This document shows positions 17,156-27,534 of a stretch of 64,000 bases of DNA, one piece after another (the first letter of the stretch is position 1; each line of letters starts with the position of its first letter). The notes under the pieces were generated by a model that worked only from the letters and a program-made list of their open reading frames with translations, ran no database searches and had not been told where the DNA came from. The stretch lies in the IMG/VR virus record IMGVR_UViG_3300002161_000006, positions 1 to 64,000 of that record, one strand, 5' to 3'. This stretch comes from an uncultured virus (IMG/VR IMGVR_UViG_3300002161_000006) (Duplodnaviria > Heunggongvirae > Uroviricota > Caudoviricetes). The position numbers and the translations under genes were made by a program.

Positions 17156-18244
17156 AAACTTGTGCTCGAGAACGTGCTTGTTATACCACTCGCGCAAGTT
17201 AATCTCCTTACCGTCCATCGCTCGCATGATCAATCCAAACAGGCGATGACCTTTTGCTGCTAGTGCTGCCTCCTTCTTTGTTTTACCAACAAGCTTTGCG
17301 TGCTCTGCCTCTACTTCAGCTTGTAGCTCTGCCAAATCTGCAAGGACAATGTTATTGATGCGTCGAACTGGCGTTGGATCCTTATCAACCAGTGCAAACT
17401 GGCCAATCAAGTCATCGATCTTATCATCAAGGGCCAAGCGTGCTACATCACGCTCACGTAGGAATACAATGGTCCTGTGCAGGTCGCAGTACCACTTCGT
17501 CTTCAACTTAACCATGTCGCCACTCTCAAACTGGATTACCCAGCCCTCAAAGTTCTGTGTAGTAAGTGCGGCGCTCTTTAGTTTCTCCCAGGAAACATTT
17601 CCACCCTCAAGAAAGTCAGACATGAAGTTCTTAACAAGCGGGAACGGGCAGCCACGAGCAGAAAGTTCTGCCTCAGTGAGGTATCTTCCTGAATTATTCT
17701 CACGAATATGTAGTAGCGTAAGTTCATCTGAATTATATCGCAACACTATTGGAAAACGTGGAGAAGTTACCTCAAAGGTTGGAGTCAAGTTTTGATTGAG
17801 AATGTCTTGAATCCATTCCTTGCACCCTGGAGTAGATGCGATGGAATCGGCAAGTGTCGCTTCATTTGTATGAAATGACTTCTTTGTCTTGAACTTGAAA
17901 CCTCCACCTACAAGTGGAACTGGTACCACCATAGAGCCGTCCCGCTTCTCCATGATGCGCGTTACCTTAGACCAGTTAATGTTTTCAGGCAGAGTGCTTT
18001 CACGCTCGCCAACATTGAAGAACTTATGCAGGTGCCGAGAAACTATTTTTCCATCTTTGCCAAAGGTAATACCTCGGCACTCACGCTCAATACTCTCATT
18101 CTCACCAGAAAATACATCATCGTCCTGCAGCATGTAGCAGATAACAGTTAGACCGAATTCTTCATCGGCTTTTACGCGTATCTGGGGGACGTGCTGAATA
18201 AACTTGGTGACATCTGAAATGTCACAAATAACTGGAAAAGGCAT
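17105..18244 (-). CDS. rnlA: T4 Rnl1-like RNA ligase
   Basis: ECRGI.F, KFFN.GE, motif I EKRDGS, FE, EGWVI, motif V KLKT.WY. Confidence 0.9.
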   Translation of the reverse strand: MPFPVICDISDVTKFIQHVPQIRVKADEEFGLTVICYMLQDDDVFSGENESIERECRGITFGKDGKIVSRHLHKFFNVGERESTLPENINWSKVTRIMEKRDGSMVVPVPLVGGGFKFKTKKSFHTNEATLADSIASTPGCKEWIQDILNQNLTPTFEVTSPRFPIVLRYNSDELTLLHIRENNSGRYLTEAELSARGCPFPLVKNFMSDFLEGGNVSWEKLKSAALTTQNFEGWVIQFESGDMVKLKTKWYCDLHRTIVFLRERDVARLALDDKIDDLIGQFALVDKDPTPVRRINNIVLADLAELQAEVEAEHAKLVGKTKKEAALAAKGHRLFGLIMRAMDGKEINLREWYNKHVLEHKFSLAVLDAGEQLIDGDI

Positions 18245-18250
18245 AGAGAT

Positions 18251-18403
18251 TTATGCTAGAAAATGGAGTGCAATAGTTAGGGCGGCATTTGCTACAAATG
18301 AAACAGCCAACCAAATACGAAGTTTTTTGATTTGATCTGTCTGCTTAGCATCAATTGCATCTACTTGTGACTTTGTAATTGATTCGCTGCTGTAACTTTT
18401 CAT
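18251..18403 (-). CDS. 50-aa protein with C-terminal transmembrane helix
   Basis: MKSYSSESITKSQVDAIDAKQTDQIKKLRIWLAVSFVANAALTIALHFLA. Confidence 0.65.
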   Translation of the reverse strand: MKSYSSESITKSQVDAIDAKQTDQIKKLRIWLAVSFVANAALTIALHFLA

Positions 18404-18410
18404 ATGCTTC

Positions 18411-19271
18411 TCACTCGTATATGATTTCACCCTTCACCAGTGTAGTTGGAAGTTCATGCTTTATCTCAACTACTGGTGCAACTTGTTTTTTCTTAGGAGA
18501 CTTTTGAGGAAGTGCTTCCTCTTTCTTCTCAGCAATTTTAACAACATCCCCAAACTTTAGTCCTATATTTGCAGGTTGAACCTCTGTTGGATCTGGTAAA
18601 GGAGTTTTAATTGGGGCAAATTTCTTCTTTGGTTCTTTTTCTGCTACGGTCTTAAGATTTTCAAGGACCTTCTTTGGCTTAGTATTGATTTCATCAACTA
18701 TTGATTTTGTTTCTTTGGATTGTTCATTTGAAGGTGGAGCAGTATCTTCAAATGAGAACATAAATTTCTTTACAACCGGCTTTTCGGGAGATTTTGCAAG
18801 TGAAATGCTTGGTACTTCTTTTTCTACTGGCGGAACTACAGCAGACTTAATATCTGTAGGAGATAAAACCGATGTCATTGATGGAGCAGAAATAGTGTGC
18901 GCATCACTTGGCAGTTCAGGAGCAAATTGTACTACCTCAGGTGGTGGTTCAGCAGCAATAGCCTGATCTTCTGGTTCAACTGTTTGAACTGGCGCTGCCT
19001 CTTCCTGGCGTGCTACAGTAACCTTCTTAACTAACGGCGTAAAAAGTCTGTTGTTAAGAACAACTTCAACTTTTAGATCATAGTCGCCTGCAGGAAGAGA
19101 TTCAGGAACTGCAACTTTTGCTGACCAGGTATCTGCACTCTTTGATGCGGTAAATGAAAAATTTGATGTAAGTGGATAACCACCAAGAACGAGCCTTACC
19201 ATAGGCTCAATTGATGTACCCATTACATTGACCTTGAAGGTTACGAGGTGTTCTTGTCCGGCTATTAACAT
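18411..19271 (-). CDS. hypothetical protein (N-terminal beta-sandwich, Pro/Glu/Lys-rich tail)
   Basis: 286-aa ORF. Confidence 0.8.
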   Translation of the reverse strand: MLIAGQEHLVTFKVNVMGTSIEPMVRLVLGGYPLTSNFSFTASKSADTWSAKVAVPESLPAGDYDLKVEVVLNNRLFTPLVKKVTVARQEEAAPVQTVEPEDQAIAAEPPPEVVQFAPELPSDAHTISAPSMTSVLSPTDIKSAVVPPVEKEVPSISLAKSPEKPVVKKFMFSFEDTAPPSNEQSKETKSIVDEINTKPKKVLENLKTVAEKEPKKKFAPIKTPLPDPTEVQPANIGLKFGDVVKIAEKKEEALPQKSPKKKQVAPVVEIKHELPTTLVKGEIIYE

Positions 19272-19274
19272 AGT

Positions 19275-19703
19275 TTATATCTCAAATTCAGTAATATTTA
19301 CGCTGATTTCTGGTTCTTCAAGTTTCCATGGAGGAACAATTTTTAGTTCTTCTGCAGAAACTTGTAGTTTTCCACCAGCGAGTCCAATTGCAAGATCAAA
19401 TGCAGCGACGAAAGTGCTTTGCACCGCTGCTTCAAGTTGCTGTGTTCCAACTTCACCAAGCAATTCTGCAGTTACAGTAATAAACGGCTGCTCAAACTGA
19501 AGTTGATGTGGTTCAAGATCATCGATTACGTGCTGAACCAGATCGGGACGAAGTTTGACGAACTGCTGACTTATCGATGAATTGTTTGTTCCGAGGAACT
19601 GCGTGTATTTGTCACGAATTAAGTTGTCAATAACAATTGCCCTGCGATTAGCGCAGAAGGCATTTATTGAAGACGTATTAATCGTGCAAAAATTTATACT
19701 CAC
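19275..19703 (-). CDS. hypothetical late protein
   Basis: 142-aa ORF, AAGGA RBS, TAAATA upstream. Confidence 0.75.
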   Translation of the reverse strand: MSINFCTINTSSINAFCANRRAIVIDNLIRDKYTQFLGTNNSSISQQFVKLRPDLVQHVIDDLEPHQLQFEQPFITVTAELLGEVGTQQLEAAVQSTFVAAFDLAIGLAGGKLQVSAEELKIVPPWKLEEPEISVNITEFEI

Positions 19704-19739
19704 ACTATTCCTTTAAATCTATTCCTTATTTAGGAAGAT

Positions 19740-20252
19740 TTAACCTGGAAATGTAGCTGGCCAGTTTGAAGAGAAGTCATAGTTTGTAGGATCAGCAGAT
19801 GCCAGCATTGCTGCCTTATGCTGCTCAGCAGCAGTAAATGCCTGGATGTCGTGGGCTGCGATTGAATTAAAAATTTCAACCGCCAGGGCTGGTGTCATCT
19901 GGGTGAATGAATTGTCCATTGTCTTCCACATAATTCCTGATGGCATATTTGCACCCATCATTACAAGACCCAACTGCTGAATTCTGGATGTTGAATCAGA
20001 ATCAAACCACTTATTCACTGAAGCAATAAGCACACCACCACTTTGAACCTTTGAGCGCTTCTGCTTAATTTCCTGCCAGACGCGCTCCTTGGTCATATCA
20101 ACACCAGCAGCATCCAGAGTTGCCTTATCAGGTAAGGTGCCTTCCTGAGCGCGCAGGTTGTCGTAGTTCTGTGGAGAACCTTCGCTGTACGCAGAAACTG
20201 CTTGAAACTTTTCTGCGATGATCTCTAGGTAGTTTGGAAGTTGTACGCTCAT
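19740..20252 (-). CDS. tail-associated protein (DUF4376-like)
   Basis: K.KR....GG......WFDSD..SR.Q...L....WKT.DN...NWP pattern; coupled to the fibre-like gene. Confidence 0.75.
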   Translation of the reverse strand: MSVQLPNYLEIIAEKFQAVSAYSEGSPQNYDNLRAQEGTLPDKATLDAAGVDMTKERVWQEIKQKRSKVQSGGVLIASVNKWFDSDSTSRIQQLGLVMMGANMPSGIMWKTMDNSFTQMTPALAVEIFNSIAAHDIQAFTAAEQHKAAMLASADPTNYDFSSNWPATFPG

Positions 20253-23200
20253 TATCCGATCTCTGTAATTTCGTATGAAGAAACAAGTGTTCCACCTAGG
20301 TCATTTCCGGCGTTGGTAAGGTTAATGTACCACGTTCCACCGCCGCCACCAATACCTGCTCGCATTGAATAGGTGACTGGTGCTGTTGTTGCTGGTGAAT
20401 CGGAAACTGCCAGGCAGAGAGTTGTTGGGCGACCACCGCCTGTTGCGAAGAACACCGCTGAACCAATGTTTAGAGTTCCTCTGAACAATGAACAGATAAC
20501 AATTCTGTTTGAGGTGCTGACGTCAACGGTAAATGGCACAGTAAACTTAAATGTAGAAGCAACAGAAGATGGCGTAATCGTTCTTGACCAGATCTGCGTA
20601 CCTTCAGTATCAAGCGGAGCAGTATTGTCCCAAGGAATTGCTGTATTACCAGACGTACCAGGAATTGCGCCTGTGTAGATTGCAAGGTAGCCTGAGCCAC
20701 CGGGAGAAGTTAGACCAATTTCATACCAACCACCATTTTGATAAACTTCAGTTGCACCAAGCGTGGTGTTGTAGCGAATTGTTCCATTTGTTGGCGTTGC
20801 TGGGCGCTCAGCAGATGATCCAGTCGAAAGAACCATACCAGCGGTTCCTGGGAAGATAGGATTGTCTGCAATTGAGATGACCGGATTACCTGCAACACCA
20901 TTGCCATTAGTGATGGTAATCTGACTTGTTGTTCCGGTAATTGTTCTTCCAACAAAGGTATCTGGTGCAGTCTGTGTAAGAATACCGTTGGTGTTGTATG
21001 CTGCTAGCGCGGTGAGAGTGCTATCAATTGGCTGGAAGGCAGATGAACTTAGCCCGTCAAGTAAATCTGCATTCAAACCGGTAACTAACTGTCCTTGTGC
21101 ATTTGTACCAAGGAGGAATGGTGCACTTGCAGAAGTTGGATTAAAAGTATGTACTGCTGTAATTGTTCTGTTCTCAGTAGTATGAACATACTGCGGATGG
21201 TCATCATCTCCAAGACCAGAAAGTTCCCCGTGGTCAGACACACTTGTAAATGCTACGTTTGAAACCTTTACAGAGCGATAATCATCAACGTTTACCAACC
21301 TTGCTTTTATGTCATTGGAGTATGTTGAACTCGTCTGGTAGATCAAGCGGTACAGCAGTTTAAATTCTGTTTCTGGGAACCCGGTGAAGTTAAGTGCTGC
21401 TACTGTATTATTATTTTTAGCATTGTCCAGCGTCGTATCCTGACGCTGACCCATAAATGAAACAACAGGAACGCGAACATCATTTGTTGCAAATACCCAG
21501 GCAGCAACATAATTGCCCTCTGTCGCTTCTGTTACTGTCCAGTTGCCGCCATTTAGGTCATTAAAACCTGCCCTATTTGTTACCAATTCAACTGGGAAAC
21601 TTGTCAAGTTTCCACTAACCCAAACGCCACCAGTTCCGCTCTTTCTGAGTATCTTGAGACTTACTGCTGGTGTAAGTACCTGCTCAAAAAAGTTTGTTGG
21701 CGTGGCGCTGTGGGTAATTGTTGACCTGATGTCTTCGTCGCTGATAATACCATTCGTGAGACTGAATGTGGCATCTGAGTTGCTGTTTCCAGTTCCAGTT
21801 TCCGTAAAGTTTCCAATATCAAACCCACCGAGAAGTTGTGTTCCAAATGCTCTGTGCAGGTAAGAGTGTGTAGCACCATCCATTGTGATGCCGTGACGCT
21901 CTTCAGCAAAAACTGTTGACTTGGAATTTATTGCATCCCAATAAACATATGAGGTATAAGCAAAATTTTGGAAATCTGGAACAGTTGCTTGTGTTAGCGT
22001 ACCTGCAGCATCAAACTGAATAAAGTAGGCACCTGACGTATTTGGAAGTTGAATGCTGTCAGATGTTGTCTTTACAACTCTAACACCTTTTACATAGTAA
22101 ACATATGAACCGCTTACGGGAGCAATTGTAAAAGTACGTGTTGCATCATCAAAGCTAATTGTTGATTGCGTTCTATTGACGTGACCTGTTGGCTCAGCCT
22201 CTTCGCCCATAATGAGTGAACTCTTGAAGAACACCCACTGTGTGCCATCAAACATTTCAAGGTTGTCAGTGTCTAGATTTACTCTTAGGTCGCCTTCAAC
22301 AGGAGAACCAGGTCTCTCAGCAGAAGTTCCACCAGGTATCTTTACTGATTCGGTTCCAGGAAGAACTGGATTACTTGCAATTGCAATGGTAGGATTTCCA
22401 CTAATTCCGTCAGCATTCGTTACTGAAATTTGGTCAGTCGTACCTAGTATTTCTCTAGTTGCCCAAGTGTCCGCCGCAGTTCTCACTGCAATACCTGTTC
22501 CAGACAGAGATTCAACTGCAGCAAGGTCCCCTGTTAAGGAGAATGTTGGATTGCCTGCAACGCCATTGGCATTTGTGATGCTGATTCCACCAGTGGGTGC
22601 AACAAGCTCTCGTAACTGCCAGGTGTTAGCACCTGTGCGTGCTGCTATACCACCGCTGGCTAGTGCTTCAAGCGCTGCCAAATCATCAGACAGCGTGAAC
22701 GTTAAAGTTCCAGCAGAAGTGATTGGTGACCCTGAAATTGTGAAGCCTGCTGCAGGCGCTGTGGCTGCTACAGATGTTACTGTGCCAGATCCAGCAGGAG
22801 CAGCAGAGTTAATCCACTGTGTTCCGTCATACTGAAGCATTTGACCTGGCCCCGGAGAAACAATGCTTACATCGCCAAGGTCTGTTAAATCGTAATCGCC
22901 TTCTAGCGCTGTTACAGCACCTGTTCTTCCAAAAACTGAAGTAACAGGGAAATTAATATTTGCTTCAACTATATCAATAGTTGGATTACCAGCAACACCA
23001 TCACCATTCGTGACTGAAATTTTGTTAGAGCCGCCAGTAATAGAGCGAGTTGTAGAAGTGCCTACACCTGTGATTGTGTAGATGCCTGTAGTTGTTGTAT
23101 TTGCTAGCGCAGTTAGATCGCTATCAACTGGCTGAAAATCTGCTGCGTGCTGACCATCAAGCAAATCAGCATTCAACCCAGTAACTAACTGTGTCTGAGC

Positions 23201-24688
23201 ATTTGTTCCAAGCACAAATGGGGCAGCAGCTGCAGTAGGTGAGAATGAATGCTGAGCAGTGATAGTGCGCGGATTAGACGTGTGAACATATTGTGGATGG
23301 TCATCATCAGTTAATCCATCTAGTACGCCGTGGTCAACTATGTTAGGTGTTGATACCTGTATGATTGACAGCGTGCGATTGTCTTGAATGTCTCGAAGCG
23401 CTGCCTTTACACTATTTGAGAATGCATCTCTAACTTCAAAGATGAGACGATAGAGAGGTCTCATCTCCTTGAATGGCAAGTTTGATAGGTCAAGGGTATC
23501 CCACGTATTACCGCGCTGTGCCTGCTCGAGGCTGCTATCTTCTCTCTGACCAAGGATAAACATCACTGGTTCAGAAACATCATTTGTTGCAACTACCCAA
23601 GCTGCAACGTAGTTGTTATTCCCAGAATCAGGAGTTGTCCAGGTGCCACCAGTATTCAAATTATATGTGGGGCGCGCGGTTCCAAACTTTAAAGGAAAGG
23701 AAGTTGCGGTATCTCTATACCATGCTCCACCAACGCCAGTGCGGTAGATAGCAGGAATTTTTGCTGGAATAGCAAGATCTTGTTCAAAATTTGCAGTAGG
23801 AGTGGCTGTTGCAACAACCTCGATCTTGATGTCCTCATCAAAGATAGTTCCACTGGTGACTGCGATTTGTGCATCAGCACCGGCGCTACCACCACCAACA
23901 AGTGTGAAGTCGGAAATTGTAAATCCACTGCCATATTGCGCACCACGGGTTATATGCAAGTACTCGTGCGTCTGCCAGTCCATCGTGATGCCATGGCGTT
24001 CATCGCCAAACAGCGTTGCTTTTTGCTGCACAGAGTTCCAGTAGATAATTGCTACAGGAACGTCATTTTCTAAGTTGAAAAAATTCGTACTGCTCTGCAA
24101 AGAGGCAGAGGAGTTATAGTAAATGAAGTAGAGATTAGTAGTATCTGGTATGACTACACTCTCAGTAATTGTTTTTGTTATCTTTGCGCCCTTGTAATAG
24201 TACTCAAACTGAGTAGCAACGGGGGCAATTGAAAATGTGCGAGTTGCTGGAACAAATGAAATTTGACTTTCAGCGCGATCAATAAATCCTGTAGGTTCGC
24301 TGGTATCAAGTTGAACTGCAACTGTTTGGTCAGGTGCCCATTTAACTCCCTCAGGAGCAGTAGCATCTGCCATCAAAACATACCTGTCAGCACCTACAGC
24401 AAGCCTGACGTTGCCTGTTGCAGTTCTGACAATTAAATCACCTTTTGTTGTTGTGGGTGCAAGCCCATCAAATGTGACGTCAGACTGGCGCAGCACGAAC
24501 TGCCACTCAGCATCTGCTGCGCCAGTCTTTACGTATAATGAACCATCGGTCCTGATAAACAGGGAACCAATGGGAGCCGCTTCTCCTGGAGATGCAGAAG
24601 GATCTCCACTTCCCGTGAAAATACCCGTCTGCGTCTCGTCAAACGCCAGTCCGTCTTCAATTACGAATGCTGCGTTAATATCTGCCAC
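20252..24688 (-). CDS. large fibre-like virion protein with an internal domain duplication
   Basis: T/G/S-rich; two EPTG...DHG.L.GL.DDDHPQY...LTALA units; GNP repeats shared with the tail fibres. Confidence 0.8.
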   Translation of the reverse strand: MADINAAFVIEDGLAFDETQTGIFTGSGDPSASPGEAAPIGSLFIRTDGSLYVKTGAADAEWQFVLRQSDVTFDGLAPTTTKGDLIVRTATGNVRLAVGADRYVLMADATAPEGVKWAPDQTVAVQLDTSEPTGFIDRAESQISFVPATRTFSIAPVATQFEYYYKGAKITKTITESVVIPDTTNLYFIYYNSSASLQSSTNFFNLENDVPVAIIYWNSVQQKATLFGDERHGITMDWQTHEYLHITRGAQYGSGFTISDFTLVGGGSAGADAQIAVTSGTIFDEDIKIEVVATATPTANFEQDLAIPAKIPAIYRTGVGGAWYRDTATSFPLKFGTARPTYNLNTGGTWTTPDSGNNNYVAAWVVATNDVSEPVMFILGQREDSSLEQAQRGNTWDTLDLSNLPFKEMRPLYRLIFEVRDAFSNSVKAALRDIQDNRTLSIIQVSTPNIVDHGVLDGLTDDDHPQYVHTSNPRTITAQHSFSPTAAAAPFVLGTNAQTQLVTGLNADLLDGQHAADFQPVDSDLTALANTTTTGIYTITGVGTSTTRSITGGSNKISVTNGDGVAGNPTIDIVEANINFPVTSVFGRTGAVTALEGDYDLTDLGDVSIVSPGPGQMLQYDGTQWINSAAPAGSGTVTSVAATAPAAGFTISGSPITSAGTLTFTLSDDLAALEALASGGIAARTGANTWQLRELVAPTGGISITNANGVAGNPTFSLTGDLAAVESLSGTGIAVRTAADTWATREILGTTDQISVTNADGISGNPTIAIASNPVLPGTESVKIPGGTSAERPGSPVEGDLRVNLDTDNLEMFDGTQWVFFKSSLIMGEEAEPTGHVNRTQSTISFDDATRTFTIAPVSGSYVYYVKGVRVVKTTSDSIQLPNTSGAYFIQFDAAGTLTQATVPDFQNFAYTSYVYWDAINSKSTVFAEERHGITMDGATHSYLHRAFGTQLLGGFDIGNFTETGTGNSNSDATFSLTNGIISDEDIRSTITHSATPTNFFEQVLTPAVSLKILRKSGTGGVWVSGNLTSFPVELVTNRAGFNDLNGGNWTVTEATEGNYVAAWVFATNDVRVPVVSFMGQRQDTTLDNAKNNNTVAALNFTGFPETEFKLLYRLIYQTSSTYSNDIKARLVNVDDYRSVKVSNVAFTSVSDHGELSGLGDDDHPQYVHTTENRTITAVHTFNPTSASAPFLLGTNAQGQLVTGLNADLLDGLSSSAFQPIDSTLTALAAYNTNGILTQTAPDTFVGRTITGTTSQITITNGNGVAGNPVISIADNPIFPGTAGMVLSTGSSAERPATPTNGTIRYNTTLGATEVYQNGGWYEIGLTSPGGSGYLAIYTGAIPGTSGNTAIPWDNTAPLDTEGTQIWSRTITPSSVASTFKFTVPFTVDVSTSNRIVICSLFRGTLNIGSAVFFATGGGRPTTLCLAVSDSPATTAPVTYSMRAGIGGGGGTWYINLTNAGNDLGGTLVSSYEITEIG

Positions 24689-24714
24689 TGCGGCTCCTCT
24701 TTAGTTGCTAAAAA

Positions 24715-25836
24715 TTACACGATTGCTGTTAAGCGCTTAGCCTTAACATCAACTGCAGAGGTTGATGTTACACGCAGGTTTAGAGTGTCTCCACCGGTAA
24801 GGGTGACAGAAACTGATAGACCTGTGATTGCGCCATTCAGACGTAGAACACCGAAGGTTGTATAGTCAGGTGATGTGCCGTTGTGTGTAGCAAATACCTT
24901 TCCAGCCCATACGCGTGTTGGTGTTCCAACTTCACGTACAAATACATCCCACTCAGTCACGACCGATGTTGAAGCATCAATTGTGGTAATGGTGGTTACG
25001 TTGGCAACATCAGTCTGCAGAGTTGTTTGAGCAAGAGCAGCGTCTAGGTCGCCGATGGCGGTTACTAGGCTGTCGCCGTCTGTTACGAAGTTATTGGAAG
25101 CATAGTCAGGTGTTGAAGCACCTGCTGTCTTACCAATGAAGGTGTTGGCATAACCGGCTTCGGCATCCAACTTACCAATTGCTACTGTGTGGCTGTCATT
25201 GTCGGTAACAATGTTCTCTGAGGAATAGTCTGGAAGAACTGCGCCTGCAGTTGGCTTACCAATGTAATCACGGATGTAGCCAATTTCAGCGTTGGCTGTA
25301 CCTGTTGTGATTGTAATCCAAGCAGAACCATTGTACTGCCAGGTGCTATCAGCAGCCGTACCTTCTTGTACGAATACTGTATCACCATCGCTCTCATTGT
25401 TGATGTCTTCTGCGAAGGTACCTAGCGCTTGATCATAGACATAAACGTTAGGACCATCACCACCGGAAATGCTTGCAAATAGAACGCGCTGACCATTTCC
25501 GATTGAAACACCATCTACCGTAACTGGGCTACCTGGGGTGCCAGTTGGGAGAGTGGTAGCAACCGTGTCAATAACGCGTACTGGCTCTCTCCAGGAAATA
25601 CCTGTGGTGAGAACAGTTTGGACATAACTTTGTGTTGCCTGTAGGCTCCACTTATCAATGCCAGAGCCAGCGGCTGTTTTTGTCCAAAACTCGCCATTTG
25701 CTTGGTTTGTGTAGTATGAACCAACACCAGCGGCATCGGTATCAGCTGTAGAGCCTGGTGCGCCAGTGCCGGAAAGGAACTGGACAGCATCATCGAGCTC
25801 TAGGCCTCGATAAATACGAAAGAAATCTTGTGACAT
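24715..25836 (-). CDS. virion structural protein
   Basis: T/G/S/A-rich; W.E.V....T...VDG..G.RVL fibre module; repeated AIG.LDA motif. Confidence 0.75.
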   Translation of the reverse strand: MSQDFFRIYRGLELDDAVQFLSGTGAPGSTADTDAAGVGSYYTNQANGEFWTKTAAGSGIDKWSLQATQSYVQTVLTTGISWREPVRVIDTVATTLPTGTPGSPVTVDGVSIGNGQRVLFASISGGDGPNVYVYDQALGTFAEDINNESDGDTVFVQEGTAADSTWQYNGSAWITITTGTANAEIGYIRDYIGKPTAGAVLPDYSSENIVTDNDSHTVAIGKLDAEAGYANTFIGKTAGASTPDYASNNFVTDGDSLVTAIGDLDAALAQTTLQTDVANVTTITTIDASTSVVTEWDVFVREVGTPTRVWAGKVFATHNGTSPDYTTFGVLRLNGAITGLSVSVTLTGGDTLNLRVTSTSAVDVKAKRLTAIV

Positions 25837-25888
25837 TTTGCTGTCTCCTTAAGTTTATTGTTACATCACTTGACGTGACTTCATTTAT

Positions 25889-26563
25889 TTATGACAATAA
25901 ATGTTGAATGCGAATAACGTCAACTGATGAAAAATTGACTGTGTCATTATTTGTTATTTGTAGAGACATGTCACTTGGCGAACCAATCACGGAAATTGCG
26001 AAATTGACAGCATCTCCAACACGAGCATATACGTTATAAGCAGGTGTTAAAGGCGCTGCTCTATGAACAGCCAAAACTTCTGCCATGGTTATTCTATTAT
26101 CTGCAGTGCAGATAGTGATGATCCACTTGCAGGTTTTATTGCCGGCAGAAATTAGCATAGTGTTAACTAATGAACTGGAGCCTATGGCAATAGTTGCACC
26201 ATTAGTTCCAACACCGAAGTTGCTGGGCGGCTTTACCATTGATTGCCGCAGTGTTTCAGCAGTCACGCGGTGGTCAACGAGCGTATCATTCCCGGAAGTT
26301 GCTCCCCAGGCTAAAGCCAAAGTTCCCTCCTGCGCTCGGTCAATGCTTGTGAACGTATTTCCTGCTCGTGCATTTACACGGATGATTTCACGTGTAGTTG
26401 CAGATTGGTTTTCAAGTGTTACTAAAAAATACTCTCCGGGTGCTGATGGCAATGGGAATAAAGCCCCATAGCCAGGCATAACTGTAAGTGAAGTGTCTGT
26501 AGCAGAAATTGGTGCTGCAAGAAGCGCTACAGCATTATTAGCAAAAAGTTGCGTGTCTGCCAT
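25889..26563 (-). CDS. virion structural protein
   Basis: FANNA...LA..IS...T.....G..FP...RAQEGT.A..W module typical of tail proteins. Confidence 0.75.
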   Translation of the reverse strand: MADTQLFANNAVALLAAPISATDTSLTVMPGYGALFPLPSAPGEYFLVTLENQSATTREIIRVNARAGNTFTSIDRAQEGTLALAWGATSGNDTLVDHRVTAETLRQSMVKPPSNFGVGTNGATIAIGSSSLVNTMLISAGNKTCKWIITICTADNRITMAEVLAVHRAAPLTPAYNVYARVGDAVNFAISVIGSPSDMSLQITNNDTVNFSSVDVIRIQHLLS

Positions 26564-26564
26564 T

Positions 26565-26771
26565 TCAACCCTTTACTCTTCCGCCATGCTTTTCAACAAG
26601 CTGCATGATAGCGGGCTTGCTTTTGTCACCTTGCTCCTTAAATTCTTGTTCAAAAATTGGAACAGCCTTTAAAGGCACAAGAACTTTCAGCGTTTCAATT
26701 CCATGCTTCAGTGTGTATGTTTGATATGGAACTTTTTTCTCAAGAGCCGCAACATTGTTGAGGAGAGACAT
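26565..26771 (-). CDS. hypothetical protein
   Basis: 68-aa ORF, GAGG RBS. Confidence 0.7.
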   Translation of the reverse strand: MSLLNNVAALEKKVPYQTYTLKHGIETLKVLVPLKAVPIFEQEFKEQGDKSKPAIMQLVEKHGGRVKG

Positions 26772-26773
26772 TA

Positions 26774-27265
26774 TTAACTTCCTCTATAGTCTGAATAGTA
26801 TGCTAGAAAGCGGTCCCTAGAAAACATGTCATTACCAATATCGCGCTCGATATCAACAATTTGTGTAAGACGAACTAACACCTTTTCCTCAGTATCCTTG
26901 ACATCTCCAAGCACAAATAACCCTTTTGCGAGTTCATTTCGCTTGTGAAGTTTTAAACCTGTGACCTTCATGGCCTGCGTTCCCATCTTATCCTTGAAGG
27001 TAACTTCGTCTGAGACTTGAGGTAATTGTATCTTACGCTTTATTTCTCCAGCAGACTTGAATATCTTTGAGCCAGGAATATAGTCCACAGTCTTTCCGTT
27101 TATTTTATTGATGTCGAAGAAATAAACGGCGTCAGATGGAACTCCCGCAGTGTGCTCAACATACACAGCAGGACCCCGGTCGCGATAATTTGTGAATGAT
27201 AAAACAGTAAAGGACACTCCGTCCTTCGTCTCAATTTTATCACCTTTTACTGGAACTACTAGCAC
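26774..27265 (-). CDS. hypothetical protein
   Basis: 163-aa ORF, TAAATA upstream. Confidence 0.75.
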   Translation of the reverse strand: MLVVPVKGDKIETKDGVSFTVLSFTNYRDRGPAVYVEHTAGVPSDAVYFFDINKINGKTVDYIPGSKIFKSAGEIKRKIQLPQVSDEVTFKDKMGTQAMKVTGLKLHKRNELAKGLFVLGDVKDTEEKVLVRLTQIVDIERDIGNDMFSRDRFLAYYSDYRGS

Positions 27266-27318
27266 GATGTTTCCCCGGTTTTCATTATATTTATCCCAGT
27301 CTTAGGGCAATAGGGGAA

Positions 27319-27516
27319 TTACTGATTTTTTACATCAGTGTATTCATCATCCTCGTAGCCGTAGTCTTCAAGTTCGGCATTCCTGATTTCGCGAACATAG
27401 TTCTTGAAAGAAACCCGTGCCTTGCGGGCAACTGGGTCCAGGTTTTCATTTGTGCGCTTCTTCTTGGTGCCTACGCGGCGGTCTTGATGCTTATCGTAAA
27501 TTTCAGAGTGCTTCAA
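27319..27516 (-). CDS. small charged hypothetical protein
   Basis: TTG start after GGAG. Confidence 0.65.
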   Translation of the reverse strand: MKHSEIYDKHQDRRVGTKKKRTNENLDPVARKARVSFKNYVREIRNAELEDYGYEDDEYTDVKNQ

Positions 27517-27534
27517 TCACAACTCCATTAGGTT

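Noticed and set aside
7062..18244. CX5R phosphatase plus RNA ligase as an RNA repair operon
   Set aside because: About 10 kb apart, with no polynucleotide kinase nearby; no support for functional linkage
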